Assembly (NCBI GenBank): GCA_963771725.1
Contig: CAVYUO010000005.1
Span: forward strand, 164,929-228,928
Length of the DNA: 64,000 nt
DNA from: an uncultured Actinomycetes bacterium
GTDB taxonomy: Bacteria; Actinomycetota; Thermoleophilia; Gaiellales; Gaiellaceae
Direction of reading: 5' to 3'
Shown: piece by piece, positions 11,713-21,191 of the stretch
Layout: every line of letters starts with the position of its first letter
Position numbering within the stretch: the stretch's first letter is position 1
Program-made: the position numbers and the translations under genes
Notes under the pieces: generated by a model
What the model was told of the DNA's origin: nothing
Seen by the model: only the letters and a program-made list of their open reading frames with translations
Databases searched by the model: none

Positions 11713-12433
11713 TGAAGGTCATCCTCCGGCAAGACGTCGAGAAGATCGGCCTGCGCGGCGAGGTCGTCGAAGTCGCGCGCGGGTTCGCGCGCAACTTCTT
11801 GCTCCCCGGCAGCTCGCCGAGCCCGCGACGCCGTCACGCGTAGCCGAGCTCGAGAAGGTCAACGCCCACCGCGCACTGCACGAGGCGCAGAGCTTCGAGC
11901 AAGCACAGGAGATCTCGCAGCGGCTCGGCCAGACCGAGCTCCGCTTCGACGTCAAGGCCGGGGACACCGGCGTGCTCTTCGGATCGGTGACGGCAACGGA
12001 CGTCGCCGACACGTTGTGGGAGAAGCACAAGATCCGCGTCGACCGCAAGAAGATCGAGCTTGCGGACCCGATCAAGCGGATCGGCCGCTACGAGATCCCG
12101 ATCGAGCTCTTTGCCGACGTCGTCGTCCCGGTGCGGACGCTGGTCATCCCGGAAGGCGGCGAGCTGCCGCCCGAGGTCGAGGAGGAGCCGATCGCACCCG
12201 AAGAGGCCGAGCCCGTCGCGGAGGTCGAGGCTGAGACGGAGGTCGAGGACGTTGCCGAGCTCTCGGACGAGGAGCTGGAGGCGGCGATCGCGGCGGCCGA
12301 GCAGCCGGAGACCCCGGCCCCTGTCGAGGAGCCGGTCGAGGGCGAGGAGGACGTGCCCGAGGACGCTTTCGACCGGGCTGTCGACGCCGTCGTCGACGCC
12401 GGCCCGGACGAGGAGTCACAAGAGCAAAACTAG
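11712..12433 (+). CDS. rplI: 50S ribosomal protein L9 with a long acidic C-terminal extension. One frame break in a C-run near 11806-11810.
   Basis: MKVILRQDVEKIGLRGEVVEVARGFARNFLLP is in frame 0. It continues as RQLAEPATPSRVAELEK...LFGSVTATDVADTLWEKHKIRVDRKKIELADPIKRIGRYEIPIEL in frame 2 (ORF 11972..12433). The ATG overlaps the rpsR TGA. Confidence 0.9.
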
Positions 12434-12555
12434 TTATCCACAGAGCCGTGCACCGGGCTGTGGACAACATCACGAACGTTCCGCAAAGTGGGCGCTTTTC
12501 GTCCTGACCAAGCTGTGAGGCGTCGTGGGGACGATGTCCGCATCGATGTGGACAA
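12434..12555. promoter_or_regulatory. Cluster of three consensus DnaA boxes in the rplI-dnaB intergenic region
   Basis: TTATCCACA at 12434-12442 (+). TGTGGACAA (reverse complement of TTGTCCACA) at 12459-12467 and 12547-12555. A weaker ATGTCCGCA lies at about 12533-12541. Confidence 0.5.
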
Positions 12556-12639
12556 TGGCGGGAACGTGTGTTCCCTATACCTGCATATCGGCGGTTTTCG
12601 GTCCAGCGGCCCGGCTGCTGATGAACGGTTTCAACAGCG

Positions 12640-14019
12640 TTGAAATCTGACCTTCCAGCCCCCACTAATGGTGACGTGGCCACCGTCGCCCAGTCCGTTG
12701 ACACCGCCCCGGTCCCGCCGCAGAATCTCGACGCGGAGGAGTCAGTCCTCGGCGCGATGATGCTCTCCCCCGGCGCGATCGGGGCGGTCAGCGAAGTCCT
12801 CGACGCGGGCGACTTCTACCGCGAGAGTCACGCGAAGATCTACCGAGCCGCCCTCGGCCTCTACGCCCGCGGCGAGCCCGTCGATGCGATCACGCTCGTC
12901 GACGAGCTCGGCGAGCGGGGCGACCTGGAGGCCGCTGGCGACCGCGGGCGGGTCCACGAGCTCGCGGCACTGGTCCCGGCGACCGCAAACGCCGGGCACT
13001 ACGCCCGCATCGTCCGCGAGATGGCCACGCTCCGCGGACTGATCCGCGCGGGCGGCGAGGTCGCGCGACTCGGCTGGGAGCGCCCCGGCGATGCGCGGGA
13101 GCTCGTCGACCAGGCCGAGCAGATCGTCTTCGAGCTCTCGCAGAACCGCACCTCGACCGAGTTCAGTCACATCGAGGCGCTCTTGAAGGAGAGCTTCGAG
13201 CGAATCACGCAGCTGTACGAGGCGGGCGAGGAGCTCAGCGGCGTGCCGTCGGGCTTCCGCGACATCGACCGGCTGACGTCGGGGTTCCAGCCCGGCAACC
13301 TGATCATCGTCGCCGCTCGGCCGAGCATGGGGAAGTCGGCGCTCGGCCTCTGCATGGCGGCGAACATCGCCGTCAAGCACCAGCACCCGGTCGCGCTGTT
13401 CACGCTCGAGATGTCGAAGGCCGAGGTCACGCAGCGGCTGATGTGCAGCGAGGCGAAGGTCGAGTCGCAGCGGCTGCGAAGCGGCAAGCTCGCGGTCGAC
13501 GACTGGCCCCGCCTCACCGCGGCCTGCGACAAGCTGGCGAAGGCGCCGATCTACGTCGACGACACCGGGTCGATCACCATGATGGAGATCCGCTCGAAGG
13601 CTCGGCGCCTGAAGACCCAGGAGCCCAACCTGAGCCTGATCATCGTCGACTACCTGCAGCTGATGACCTCGGGCGCGAGCGCCGAGAACCGTGTGCAGGA
13701 GGTCTCGCAAATCTCGCGGCAACTGAAGGTGCTCGCCCGCGATCTCGACACCCCGGTGCTGGCGATGTCACAGCTGTCCCGCGCCGTCGAGCAGCGGCAC
13801 GACAAGCGGCCGATCCTGTCCGACCTGCGCGAGTCGGGCTCGATCGAGCAGGACGCCGACCTCGTCTTCTTCATCTACCGCGACGAGTACTACAACGAGG
13901 AGTCGGACCAGCAGGGGCTGGCCGAGGTCATCCTGGCCAAGCACCGCAACGGCCCGACCGGCTCCGAGAAGCTCTCGTTTCTCAAGCGCTACGCGAAGTT
14001 CGCGGACCTCGCCGCCTAG
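12640..14019 (+). CDS. dnaB: Replicative DNA helicase DnaB
   Basis: PPQNLDAEESVLGAMML N-terminal domain. Walker A ARPSMGKSALGL. DYLQLM, SQLSR and LRESGSIEQDADLV motifs. No intein. Exact start uncertain (TTG at 12640). Confidence 0.95.
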   Translation: MKSDLPAPTNGDVATVAQSVDTAPVPPQNLDAEESVLGAMMLSPGAIGAVSEVLDAGDFYRESHAKIYRAALGLYARGEPVDAITLVDELGERGDLEAAGDRGRVHELAALVPATANAGHYARIVREMATLRGLIRAGGEVARLGWERPGDARELVDQAEQIVFELSQNRTSTEFSHIEALLKESFERITQLYEAGEELSGVPSGFRDIDRLTSGFQPGNLIIVAARPSMGKSALGLCMAANIAVKHQHPVALFTLEMSKAEVTQRLMCSEAKVESQRLRSGKLAVDDWPRLTAACDKLAKAPIYVDDTGSITMMEIRSKARRLKTQEPNLSLIIVDYLQLMTSGASAENRVQEVSQISRQLKVLARDLDTPVLAMSQLSRAVEQRHDKRPILSDLRESGSIEQDADLVFFIYRDEYYNEESDQQGLAEVILAKHRNGPTGSEKLSFLKRYAKFADLAA

Positions 14020-14587
14020 CTTGAGCCCTCCCTAGCGAGGTCACTGCAACGCGGGTTGTCGTTGAACGACTTCGAGAGATCCTCCGCGTCGTACTTCTCG
14101 TCGAGCTGGTCGATCTGGTCGCCGATGTCGCTGCCGGCCTTCTGGATCGACGCGCCGAGGTCCTGGGCGGCCGGCCCGAACTTGGAGGGGTCGTCGGGCA
14201 GCTGCTGCACCGTGCCTCGCGCCCGGACGAGCGTCGTCCTCAGGCTCTGCAGCCTGGCCAGGAGGTCGCGGGCAATCTTGTCGCCGTCCTCCACCGACGG
14301 CTGGCCCGCCGCTCTGACGTCGGCCAGCATCTCGTCCGTTCGCGTGACCACGTCGCTGATGAAGTCGACGAGCTGCGCACGGATGTCCGCGACCGTTCGC
14401 GTGCTCTTGGGCGGCTCCCCGGCGCGGGTCTGGAGGTCGCGCGCCCAGTCGGAGACGGCCGAGCAGATGTCGCCGCTCCATTGATCCGGGCTCGCGCCCT
14501 CGACCTTGTTCACCACCGCCGTCGCCTCCGCAACCGGAGGCCGCGAGGGCGAGCACGAGTCACGAGGATCGCAAGCGGAAAACGCAT
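14016..14587 (-). CDS. Hypothetical lipoprotein (helical). The N-terminal signal region is spread over three frames.
   Basis: ATG at 14587 gives MRFPLAILVT. The lipobox segment VLALAASGCGGDGGGEQ is in a second frame (ORF 14041..14556). The mature part VEGASPDQWSGDICSAVSDWARDLQ... is in a third frame (ORF 14016..14699). This implies two indels at about 14556-14560 and about 14515-14520. Confidence 0.5.
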
Positions 14588-14652
14588 GGCGCGACCCTAC
14601 AAGGGGCAGGGAAACGCGGCGCCCGCTGCCCCTTCTGGCAGACTCAAGCCCC

Positions 14653-15948
14653 GTGCCGGCCACCGTCATCGTGGGTGCCCAGTGGGGGGACGAGGGCAAG
14701 GGGAAGATCGTCGACCTGCTGGCGCAGCATTCGGATCTCGTCTGCCGCTACCAGGGCGGGCCGAACGCCGGGCACACGATCATCGCGAACGGCGAGACGT
14801 ACAAGTTCAAGCACATGCCGTCGGGGATCCTCTGGGGCAAGGAGTGCATCCTCGGCGCCGGCTGCGTGATCGACCCGGGAGTCTTCATCGAGGAGCTCGA
14901 CGACCTCGAAGCGCGCGGCATCTCGACCGACACCGTGCGGGTCTCCGGGAACGCGCACCTCGTCATGCCGTGGCACGTCGCGCTCGACGGTGCGAGCGAG
15001 CGACGGCTCGGGAACCTGCAGATCGGCACGACCCGCCGCGGGATCGGCCCAGCCTATGCGGACAAGTCGGCGCGGCTCGGCATCCGAGTGCAGGACCTGT
15101 TCGACCCCAAGATCCTGCACCAGAAGATCGAGGTCGCGCTCGCCGAGAAGAACGTCTGGCTCGAGCGCGTCTACGGCGCTGCCCCCCTCGACCTGGAGGA
15201 GATCGTCACCGGCACCGAGAGCTACGCAAAGCGCCTCCGTCCATACATTGCGGACACCTCACTGCTGGTCGACCACGCGCTGCGCGACGGCAAGGGAGTG
15301 CTCTGCGAAGGCGCGCAGGCCACGCTGCTCGACCTCGATCACGGCACGTATCCGTTCGTGACCTCGTCGAACCCGATCGCAGGCGCTGCCGCGACCGGCC
15401 TCGGCATCGGACCGACCCGGATCGACCGTGTGATCGGCGTCGCGAAGGCGTACGTCACACGCGTCGGCGAGGGCCCCTTCCCCACCGAGATCGAGGGACC
15501 CGACCAGGAGCGGCTTCGCGAGCTCGGCGGCGAGTACGGCACGGTCACCGGCCGGGAGCGGCGCTGTGGGTGGCTCGACATCGTCGGCCTTCGTTACGCC
15601 GCTCGCCTGAACGGCCTCACGTCGCTTGCGCTGACGAAGCTCGACGTGCTGTCGTCCTTCGCGGAGCTCCCCGTCTGCGTCCGGTACCGCCTCCGCGACG
15701 GAACGGAGACGTCCGAGTTCCCGGCGCACCAGAGCGACTTCCACCATTGCGAGCCGGTCTACGAAGTGCTGCCCGGCTGGGAGGAGGAGCTCAACGGTCT
15801 CGACGATGTGTCACAGCTCCCCGCGCGCGCGCGGGGGTACGTTCAGTTCGTCGAGCGGGAGCTCGGCGTCGAGGTCTGCCTGATCGGCACCGGTGCTTCC
15901 CGCGAGCACGTGCTCTCACGGCGCGGCGTCGAAGCCGTCCTCGGTTAG
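14653..15948 (+). CDS. purA: Adenylosuccinate synthetase
   Basis: GTG at 14653 gives PATVIVGAQWGDEGKGKIVD..., with GPNAGHT, TTRRGIGPAY and GWLD motifs within ORF 14506..15948. Confidence 0.95.
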   Translation: MPATVIVGAQWGDEGKGKIVDLLAQHSDLVCRYQGGPNAGHTIIANGETYKFKHMPSGILWGKECILGAGCVIDPGVFIEELDDLEARGISTDTVRVSGNAHLVMPWHVALDGASERRLGNLQIGTTRRGIGPAYADKSARLGIRVQDLFDPKILHQKIEVALAEKNVWLERVYGAAPLDLEEIVTGTESYAKRLRPYIADTSLLVDHALRDGKGVLCEGAQATLLDLDHGTYPFVTSSNPIAGAAATGLGIGPTRIDRVIGVAKAYVTRVGEGPFPTEIEGPDQERLRELGGEYGTVTGRERRCGWLDIVGLRYAARLNGLTSLALTKLDVLSSFAELPVCVRYRLRDGTETSEFPAHQSDFHHCEPVYEVLPGWEEELNGLDDVSQLPARARGYVQFVERELGVEVCLIGTGASREHVLSRRGVEAVLG

Positions 15949-15958
15949 GGTCGCGCCG

Positions 15959-17179
15959 GTGAAGGTGCTCCTAGTTGGATCGGGAGGACGCGAGCACGCA
16001 CTGGCGTGGAAGCTCGCGCAGAGCCCGGAGCTCGAAGAGCTCCACACAGCCCCTGGGAACCCGGGCATCGCCCAGCTCGGCACCTGCCACCCGATTCACG
16101 CGGAGGACGGCGAGTCGTTGATCGAGCTGGCGCGAAACCTCCCGGCCGACCTCGTGGTCGTCGGCCCCGAGGCCCCGCTCGTCGCGGGAGTCGCCGACGA
16201 GCTGCGGATGGCGGGCATCTCCGTCTTCGGCCCGAGTGCGGCCGCGGCGCGAATCGAGGGCTCCAAGGCGTTTGCGAAGGAGATCATGCGCGACGCCGGC
16301 GTGCCCGCAGCCGAGACGATGTCTGTTGCCCGCCCGCCCTGTGTGGTCAAGGCGGACGGCCTGACGGCCGGCAAGGGCGTCTTCATCTGCCGCACGCAGG
16401 CGGAGCTCGACGCGGCTCTCCATGCGGTACGCGCGCACGGCGAAAGCTGGGTCATCGAGGAGCTTCTCGAGGGCGACGAGGTGTCGATCTTCGCGATCTG
16501 CGACGGCGCCGGCGGGCTGGCGCTCGCGGCGGCGCGCGACTACAAGCGGGTGGGGGACGGCGACGAGGGCCCCAACACGGGCGGGATGGGCGCGTATTCG
16601 CCGGTCCCCGAGGTCGGCCCGGCCGAGCTCGACGAGCTGCTCGAGACCGTCCACCTGCCGGTGCTCGCGGAGCTGGCGAAGCGCGGCTCGCCCTTCACCG
16701 GGCTCCTCTACGCCGGGCTGATGCTCACCCCCGACGGCCCCCGCGTCCTGGAGTTCAACTGCCGCTTCGGCGATCCCGAGACCCAGGTGATCCTGCCGCG
16801 CATCGAGGGTGATCTCCTCGGCGCGCTGCTTGCGGCCGCCCAGGGTGATCTGAGCGAGATCGAGCTGGCGGTCAGTGACCGCGCTGCGGTGACGGTCGCC
16901 GTGGCCGCCGAGAACTACCCCGCATCGAGCGACTCCGGAACGCCCATCAAAGGCGTCGAGGCAGCGGAGGCCGGCGGTGCTGTCGTCTTCCACGCGGGGA
17001 CGGCTGTGCGAGACGGCCGGCTGGTCACGAACGGCGGTCGGATCCTCAACGTGACCGCGACTGCGGACACGCTCGAGGAGGCGCGCGCCCGCGCGTACAC
17101 GGCCTGCGAGCTGATCACGTTCGACGGCGCGCGCTACCGGCGCGACATCGCCGAGGGGGCGGTGAGGGTTGGCTCCTGA
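15959..17179 (+). CDS. purD: Phosphoribosylamine-glycine ligase
   Basis: VKVLLVGSGGREHALAWKLAQSP..., with an ATP-grasp core and LEFNCRFGDPE, within ORF 15893..17179. Confidence 0.95.
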   Translation: MKVLLVGSGGREHALAWKLAQSPELEELHTAPGNPGIAQLGTCHPIHAEDGESLIELARNLPADLVVVGPEAPLVAGVADELRMAGISVFGPSAAAARIEGSKAFAKEIMRDAGVPAAETMSVARPPCVVKADGLTAGKGVFICRTQAELDAALHAVRAHGESWVIEELLEGDEVSIFAICDGAGGLALAAARDYKRVGDGDEGPNTGGMGAYSPVPEVGPAELDELLETVHLPVLAELAKRGSPFTGLLYAGLMLTPDGPRVLEFNCRFGDPETQVILPRIEGDLLGALLAAAQGDLSEIELAVSDRAAVTVAVAAENYPASSDSGTPIKGVEAAEAGGAVVFHAGTAVRDGRLVTNGGRILNVTATADTLEEARARAYTACELITFDGARYRRDIAEGAVRVGS

Positions 17180-17588
17180 CGGGCCGCTCGTCGGGATCCT
17201 GATCGGCTCCGAGTCTGATCGGGAAGCGATCTCGGCTGCGGTCAAGGAGCTCGACGAGCGTGGAATCGCGAACGAGTTGAGCGTCCTCTCGGCGCACCGC
17301 GACCCACACGGCGTCGCGGAATACGCGACGAACGCACAGGGCCGTGGGATCCGCGTCCTCATCGCAGGCGCAGGGATGGCGGCGGCGCTACCAGGCGTAG
17401 TCGCCGCCTACAGCGAGCTGCCGGTGATCGGCGTGCCCTTGCGCTCGAGCAAGTCGGTCGCGGACGGGCTCGACGCGCTCCTGGCCATCGCGCAGATGCC
17501 GCCGGGCGTGCCCGTGGCCTGCGTGTCGGTCGACGGCGGACGGAACGCGGCGATCCTGGCTGCACGGATCCTCGCGCTGCTGGACTAG
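17169..17588 (+). CDS. purE: N5-carboxyaminoimidazole ribonucleotide mutase
   Basis: VGILIGSESD...SAHRDP...IAGAGMAAALPGVVAAYSELPVIGVP...MPPGVPVACV. Confidence 0.9.
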   Translation: MAPDGPLVGILIGSESDREAISAAVKELDERGIANELSVLSAHRDPHGVAEYATNAQGRGIRVLIAGAGMAAALPGVVAAYSELPVIGVPLRSSKSVADGLDALLAIAQMPPGVPVACVSVDGGRNAAILAARILALLD

Positions 17589-17748
17589 GAGGGCTTGGTG
17601 GAATTGACTCGTCGCCGGGGTGCGATGGTCGTTCCGAGGCAAGGACGCAGGGAGCCCCAATGCTTTTCAGCATTGGGGTGACTGAGGACGCGGCCTCGGG
17701 GCGAGCAGCGCGGCCCGGCGGCTCAGTCCTTTTCGCCAAGCCCTCCTG
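17586..17748 (+). ncRNA. Candidate structured RNA: a rod-like fold with a 14x14-nt central bubble (6S-RNA-like architecture). Could instead be an inter-cistronic processing/attenuation element.
   Basis: Helices: 17588-17598/17736-17746 (11 bp), 17611-17619/17714-17722 (9 bp), 17629-17640/17693-17704 (12 bp), and an apical hairpin 17655-17663/17670-17678 (9 bp, loop TTTTCA). The unpaired strands 17641-17654 and 17679-17692 both contain AGGACGC. Several T-G pairs become A-C on the other strand, which favours the + strand. Confidence 0.4.
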
Positions 17749-17781
17749 GTAACCGCAGCAGCCCCCTCTACACTCCAGACA

Positions 17782-19107
17782 GTGATTTCCCGCTACTCCC
17801 GCCCGGCCATGTCGAGGATCTGGTCGGAGGAGGGCAAGCTCGTGCGCTGGCTCGAGGTCGAGCTGGCCGCGCTCGATGCGTGGGCCGAGGTCGGGGTCGT
17901 CCCGGCCGACGCCGCCCGCGAGATCCGCGCCGCAGCCCACCCGCCCTCCCCGGCCCGCGTCGCCGAGCTCGAGGAGAAGACGCACCACGACCTGGCCGCG
18001 TTCGTCGACGCCGTCGCAGAAGGGCTCGGTCCGGAGGGCCGCTGGTTCCACTACGGGCTGACGTCCTCCGATGTCGTAGACACCGCGCTCGCCCTGCAGA
18101 TCCGCGAGGCCGGCGGGCTGATCCTCTCCGGGATCGAGCGCGCCCTCGACGCCGTCGTCGCGCGGGCTGAGGAGCACCGGAACACCCTGATGATCGGCCG
18201 CACGCACGGGGTGCACGCCGAGCCGACGACCTTCGGCCTCAAGCTCGCCGTCTGGGCCTTCGAGCTCGACCGTGCCCGAAAGCGGCTGGCCCGAGCACTC
18301 GAGGGGATCCGCGTCGGCAAGCTCTCCGGCGCCGTCGGCACGTACTCGGTGACTGACCCTGAGGTCGAACGACTGGCCTGCGAGCAGCTCGGCCTCGAGC
18401 CGGCGCCGGCTTCGACGCAGATCATCCAGCGCGACCGGCACGCAGAGCTGCTGTCCGCGCTAGCTCTCTGTGCCGCCTCTCTGGAGAAGTTCGCGCTCGA
18501 GATCCGACACCTCGCCCGGACCGAGGTCGCCGAGGTGCAGGAGCCGTTCGGCAAAGGGCAGAAGGGGTCGTCGTCGATGCCGCACAAGAAGAACCCTGTG
18601 GTGGCCGAGCGGATCTGCGGGCTGGCCCGGGTCGTGCGCGCCAACGCGCTCGTGGGGCTCGAGAACGTCGCCCTCTGGCACGAGCGCGACATCTCGCACT
18701 CGTCGGCTGAGCGCGTCGTCATCCCGGATTCCTTCCTCGCGCTCGACTACATGCTGGACAAGCTCGCCTGGCTCGTCGAAGGGCTCGTCGTCAACCCTGA
18801 GCGCATGCGCCGCAACCTCGATTCGAGCCACGGGCTCTTCTTCAGCCAGCGCCTGCTGCTCGCGCTCGTCGATGCCGGCCTGGCCCGGGACGAGGCGTAC
18901 CGGCTCGTCCAGGCGCACGCGATGCGGGCCTGGGAGGAGGAGCGCGACTTCACCGTGCTCGCGCGCGAGGACCAGGGGATCGCCAAGCACCTCGACGCCG
19001 GCGCACTGGAGGCAGTCTTCGATCTGGATTCGTACACCCGCCACGTGGATGCCGTGTTCGAGCGGCTCAGCGTGCTGACCCGAAAGGAGGAGCCCGTTCA
19101 TGCCTGA
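17782..19107 (+). CDS. purB: Adenylosuccinate lyase
   Basis: [16 protein letters not shown]..., the [10 protein letters not shown] signature loop, 441 aa. Confidence 0.95.
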   Translation: MISRYSRPAMSRIWSEEGKLVRWLEVELAALDAWAEVGVVPADAAREIRAAAHPPSPARVAELEEKTHHDLAAFVDAVAEGLGPEGRWFHYGLTSSDVVDTALALQIREAGGLILSGIERALDAVVARAEEHRNTLMIGRTHGVHAEPTTFGLKLAVWAFELDRARKRLARALEGIRVGKLSGAVGTYSVTDPEVERLACEQLGLEPAPASTQIIQRDRHAELLSALALCAASLEKFALEIRHLARTEVAEVQEPFGKGQKGSSSMPHKKNPVVAERICGLARVVRANALVGLENVALWHERDISHSSAERVVIPDSFLALDYMLDKLAWLVEGLVVNPERMRRNLDSSHGLFFSQRLLLALVDAGLARDEAYRLVQAHAMRAWEEERDFTVLAREDQGIAKHLDAGALEAVFDLDSYTRHVDAVFERLSVLTRKEEPVHA

Positions 19108-19960
19108 GGCCGTCCACGTAGGAAGCGGAAAGGTGCGCGAGCTCTACGCACTCGACGACGAACGGCTGCTGCTCGTTGCCAGCGACCGCATCTCGGTGTT
19201 CGACGTCGTCCTGCCGACGGAGATCCCCGACAAGGGCCGCGTGCTGACCGGCCTCTCGGCCTTCTGGTTTGCCCGCACGAGGGACATCTGCCCCAACCAT
19301 CTGCTCGGCATTCGCGAAGACGGGCGGTCGACGGAGTGCCGGCGGCTCGAGATGCTGCCGATCGAGGTCGTCGTCCGCGGCTACATCACGGGCTCGGGCT
19401 GGAAGGACTACCAGGCGACCGGCGAAGTGTCCGGTCACCGCCTCCCCGAAGGGCTCCGCGAGTCCGAGCAGCTGCCGGCGCCGATCTTCACGCCGTCGAC
19501 CAAGGCGACAGAGGGGCACGACGAGAACATCACGCGCGACCAGGCCGCCGAGCTCGTCGGGGCCGAGCAGCTCGCCGACGTGGAGCGCGTTGCGATCGAG
19601 CTCTACCGGTTCGCGGCCGAGCACGCGGCAGGTCGCGGGATCATCATCGCCGACACGAAGTTCGAGCTGGGGCTCGACGAGACCGGCACGCTCATGCTCG
19701 CCGACGAGGCCTTCACCCCCGACTCGTCTCGCTTCTGGCCGGCCGACGAGTACGAGCCGGGCAAGGGCCAGGCGTCCTTCGACAAGCAGTTCGTGCGCGA
19801 CTACGCCCAGTCGCTCGGCTGGGACAAGACGGCCCCCGGCCCCGAGCTGCCGGACGCCGTCGTCACCGGAACTCGGGCGCGCTACCTCGAGGCGTTCGAG
19901 CGTTTGACCGGGATCTCCTTCGACGACTATGCCGCCGACCCGGGAGTGGTCTCTCGATGA
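19100..19960 (+). CDS. purC: Phosphoribosylaminoimidazole-succinocarboxamide (SAICAR) synthase
   Basis: GKVRELY...LLLVASDRISVFD...IADTKFELG. Overlaps the purB end by 8 nt. Confidence 0.95.
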   Translation: MPEAVHVGSGKVRELYALDDERLLLVASDRISVFDVVLPTEIPDKGRVLTGLSAFWFARTRDICPNHLLGIREDGRSTECRRLEMLPIEVVVRGYITGSGWKDYQATGEVSGHRLPEGLRESEQLPAPIFTPSTKATEGHDENITRDQAAELVGAEQLADVERVAIELYRFAAEHAAGRGIIIADTKFELGLDETGTLMLADEAFTPDSSRFWPADEYEPGKGQASFDKQFVRDYAQSLGWDKTAPGPELPDAVVTGTRARYLEAFERLTGISFDDYAADPGVVSR

Positions 19961-20193
19961 AGGTCTCCGTGCTCGTCAGGCCGAAGCCGGGGATCCTCGA
20001 TCCGCAGGGCGAGGCGGTCGAGAACTCGCTCCGGCATCTGGGCTTCTCGGTCGAAGCTGCGCGCGTCGGCCGGCTCGTCGACCTCGAGGTCGAGGCGACG
20101 AACGAGGCCGAGGTGCGCGAGCAGGTCGAGAAGATGTGCGCCGAGCTGCTCGCCAACCCGTTGATCGAGAGCTACGAGATCGAGCTGCAGTGA
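19957..20193 (+). CDS. purS: FGAM synthase subunit PurS
   Basis: MKVSVLVRPKPGILDPQGEAVENSLRHLGF...LANPLIESYEIEL. The ATG overlaps the purC TGA (ATGA). Confidence 0.9.
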   Translation: MKVSVLVRPKPGILDPQGEAVENSLRHLGFSVEAARVGRLVDLEVEATNEAEVREQVEKMCAELLANPLIESYEIELQ

Positions 20194-20876
20194 AGCCTCG
20201 CATCGGCGTCCTCGTCTTCCCGGGCTCGAATGACGACCGCGACGCGGCGTTGGCCCTGGAGGGCCTCGGCGCAGAAGCGGTGATGATCTGGCACGGGGAG
20301 GCTGACCTACCCGACGTCGGTGCCGTCATCCTGCCGGGCGGCTTCTCGTACGGCGACTACCTGCGCTGCGGCGCGATCGCCCGGTTCTCGCCGGCCATGC
20401 AGGCCGTTGCCGACTTCGCCGCGGAGGGCGGGCTCGTCCTGGGCATCTGCAACGGATTTCAGATCCTCTGTGAGGCCGGCCTCCTCCCAGGCGCGCTGCG
20501 CCCGAACGCGTCGCTCTCGTTCGTCTGCCGTGACGTGACCATGCGCGTCGAGCGCACCGATACGCCCTACACATCCCGCTGCGAGCCCGGCCAGGACGTG
20601 ACGATTCCCATCAAGCACGGTGAAGGCTGCTACTTCGCGGACGCCGAGCTGCTCGACGAGCTCGAGGCCAATGGACAGATCGTCCTCCGCTACGCGGCGA
20701 ATCCGAACGGCTCGGTGGCCGACATCGCGGCCGTGATCAACGCCGAGGGCAACGTCATGGGCCTCATGCCCCACCCTGAGCACGCCGTCGATCCGCTGGT
20801 CGGCTCCACAGACGGGGCGCTCGTCCTGGGCTCGGTAGTGGACGCCGTCCGCGAGCGCATGGCTGTTTCGGTCTAA
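20190..20876 (+). CDS. purQ: FGAM synthase glutamine amidotransferase subunit PurQ
   Basis: VKPRIGVLVFPGSNDDRD...LPGGFSYGDYLR...LGICNGFQIL...MPHPE. The GTG overlaps the purS TGA. Confidence 0.95.
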   Translation: MKPRIGVLVFPGSNDDRDAALALEGLGAEAVMIWHGEADLPDVGAVILPGGFSYGDYLRCGAIARFSPAMQAVADFAAEGGLVLGICNGFQILCEAGLLPGALRPNASLSFVCRDVTMRVERTDTPYTSRCEPGQDVTIPIKHGEGCYFADAELLDELEANGQIVLRYAANPNGSVADIAAVINAEGNVMGLMPHPEHAVDPLVGSTDGALVLGSVVDAVRERMAVSV

Positions 20877-21133
20877 AGGCGCAAGGTCTCCTCCAATCCG
20901 GGGTGCTTGCCGAGCGCCTCGCGCAGCTTCTGGATGTCGCGCGCGCGGAGCGTCACCGGCCCGCGGCGAGCCGTCCCGTCGGTCGAATACGCGAACCTGA
21001 CCAGCCGCTCACCCGAGGGGCTCTCGAGCAGCTGCACGACCGACGCGAAGCGCTTGTCGCCGGCGCGCTGTTGAACCGTCAACTCCTCGAGGAGGGTCGC
21101 CTGACCCCACGGTGTTGCTGCTTTCGCTGCCAT
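20873..21133 (-). CDS. Hypothetical small protein (86 aa)
   Basis: ATG-initiated ORF with high third-position GC and a plausible globular sequence. No family recognised. Confidence 0.4.
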   Translation of the reverse strand: MAAKAATPWGQATLLEELTVQQRAGDKRFASVVQLLESPSGERLVRFAYSTDGTARRGPVTLRARDIQKLREALGKHPGLEETLRL

Positions 21134-21191
21134 GCCGGCAACGCTAGTCAGGCAAATGTCACACGTCAGTGCCGGCTTCGAGCCGGAAGTG

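Noticed and set aside
12434-12640. The DnaA-box cluster as the chromosomal origin (oriC)
   Set aside because: There are only 3-4 boxes, no convincing AT-rich unwinding element, and no dnaA or dnaN nearby. A regulatory or titration site upstream of dnaB is the more modest reading.
17586-17748. ZTP (pfl) or purine riboswitch upstream of purB
   Set aside because: I could not find the conserved ZTP cores (GACUGGCG...CCGCCUGGGC) or the guanine-riboswitch junction sequence. The fold is a single long rod, not a pseudoknot or a three-way junction.
21134-21191. Inverted repeats (GCCGGCA...TGCCGGC, CCGGC-TTCGA-GCCGG) as a defined terminator or regulatory element
   Set aside because: The stems are short (5-7 bp), the loop is long, and several alternative pairings are possible. 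In 70% GC DNA such repeats are expected by chance.
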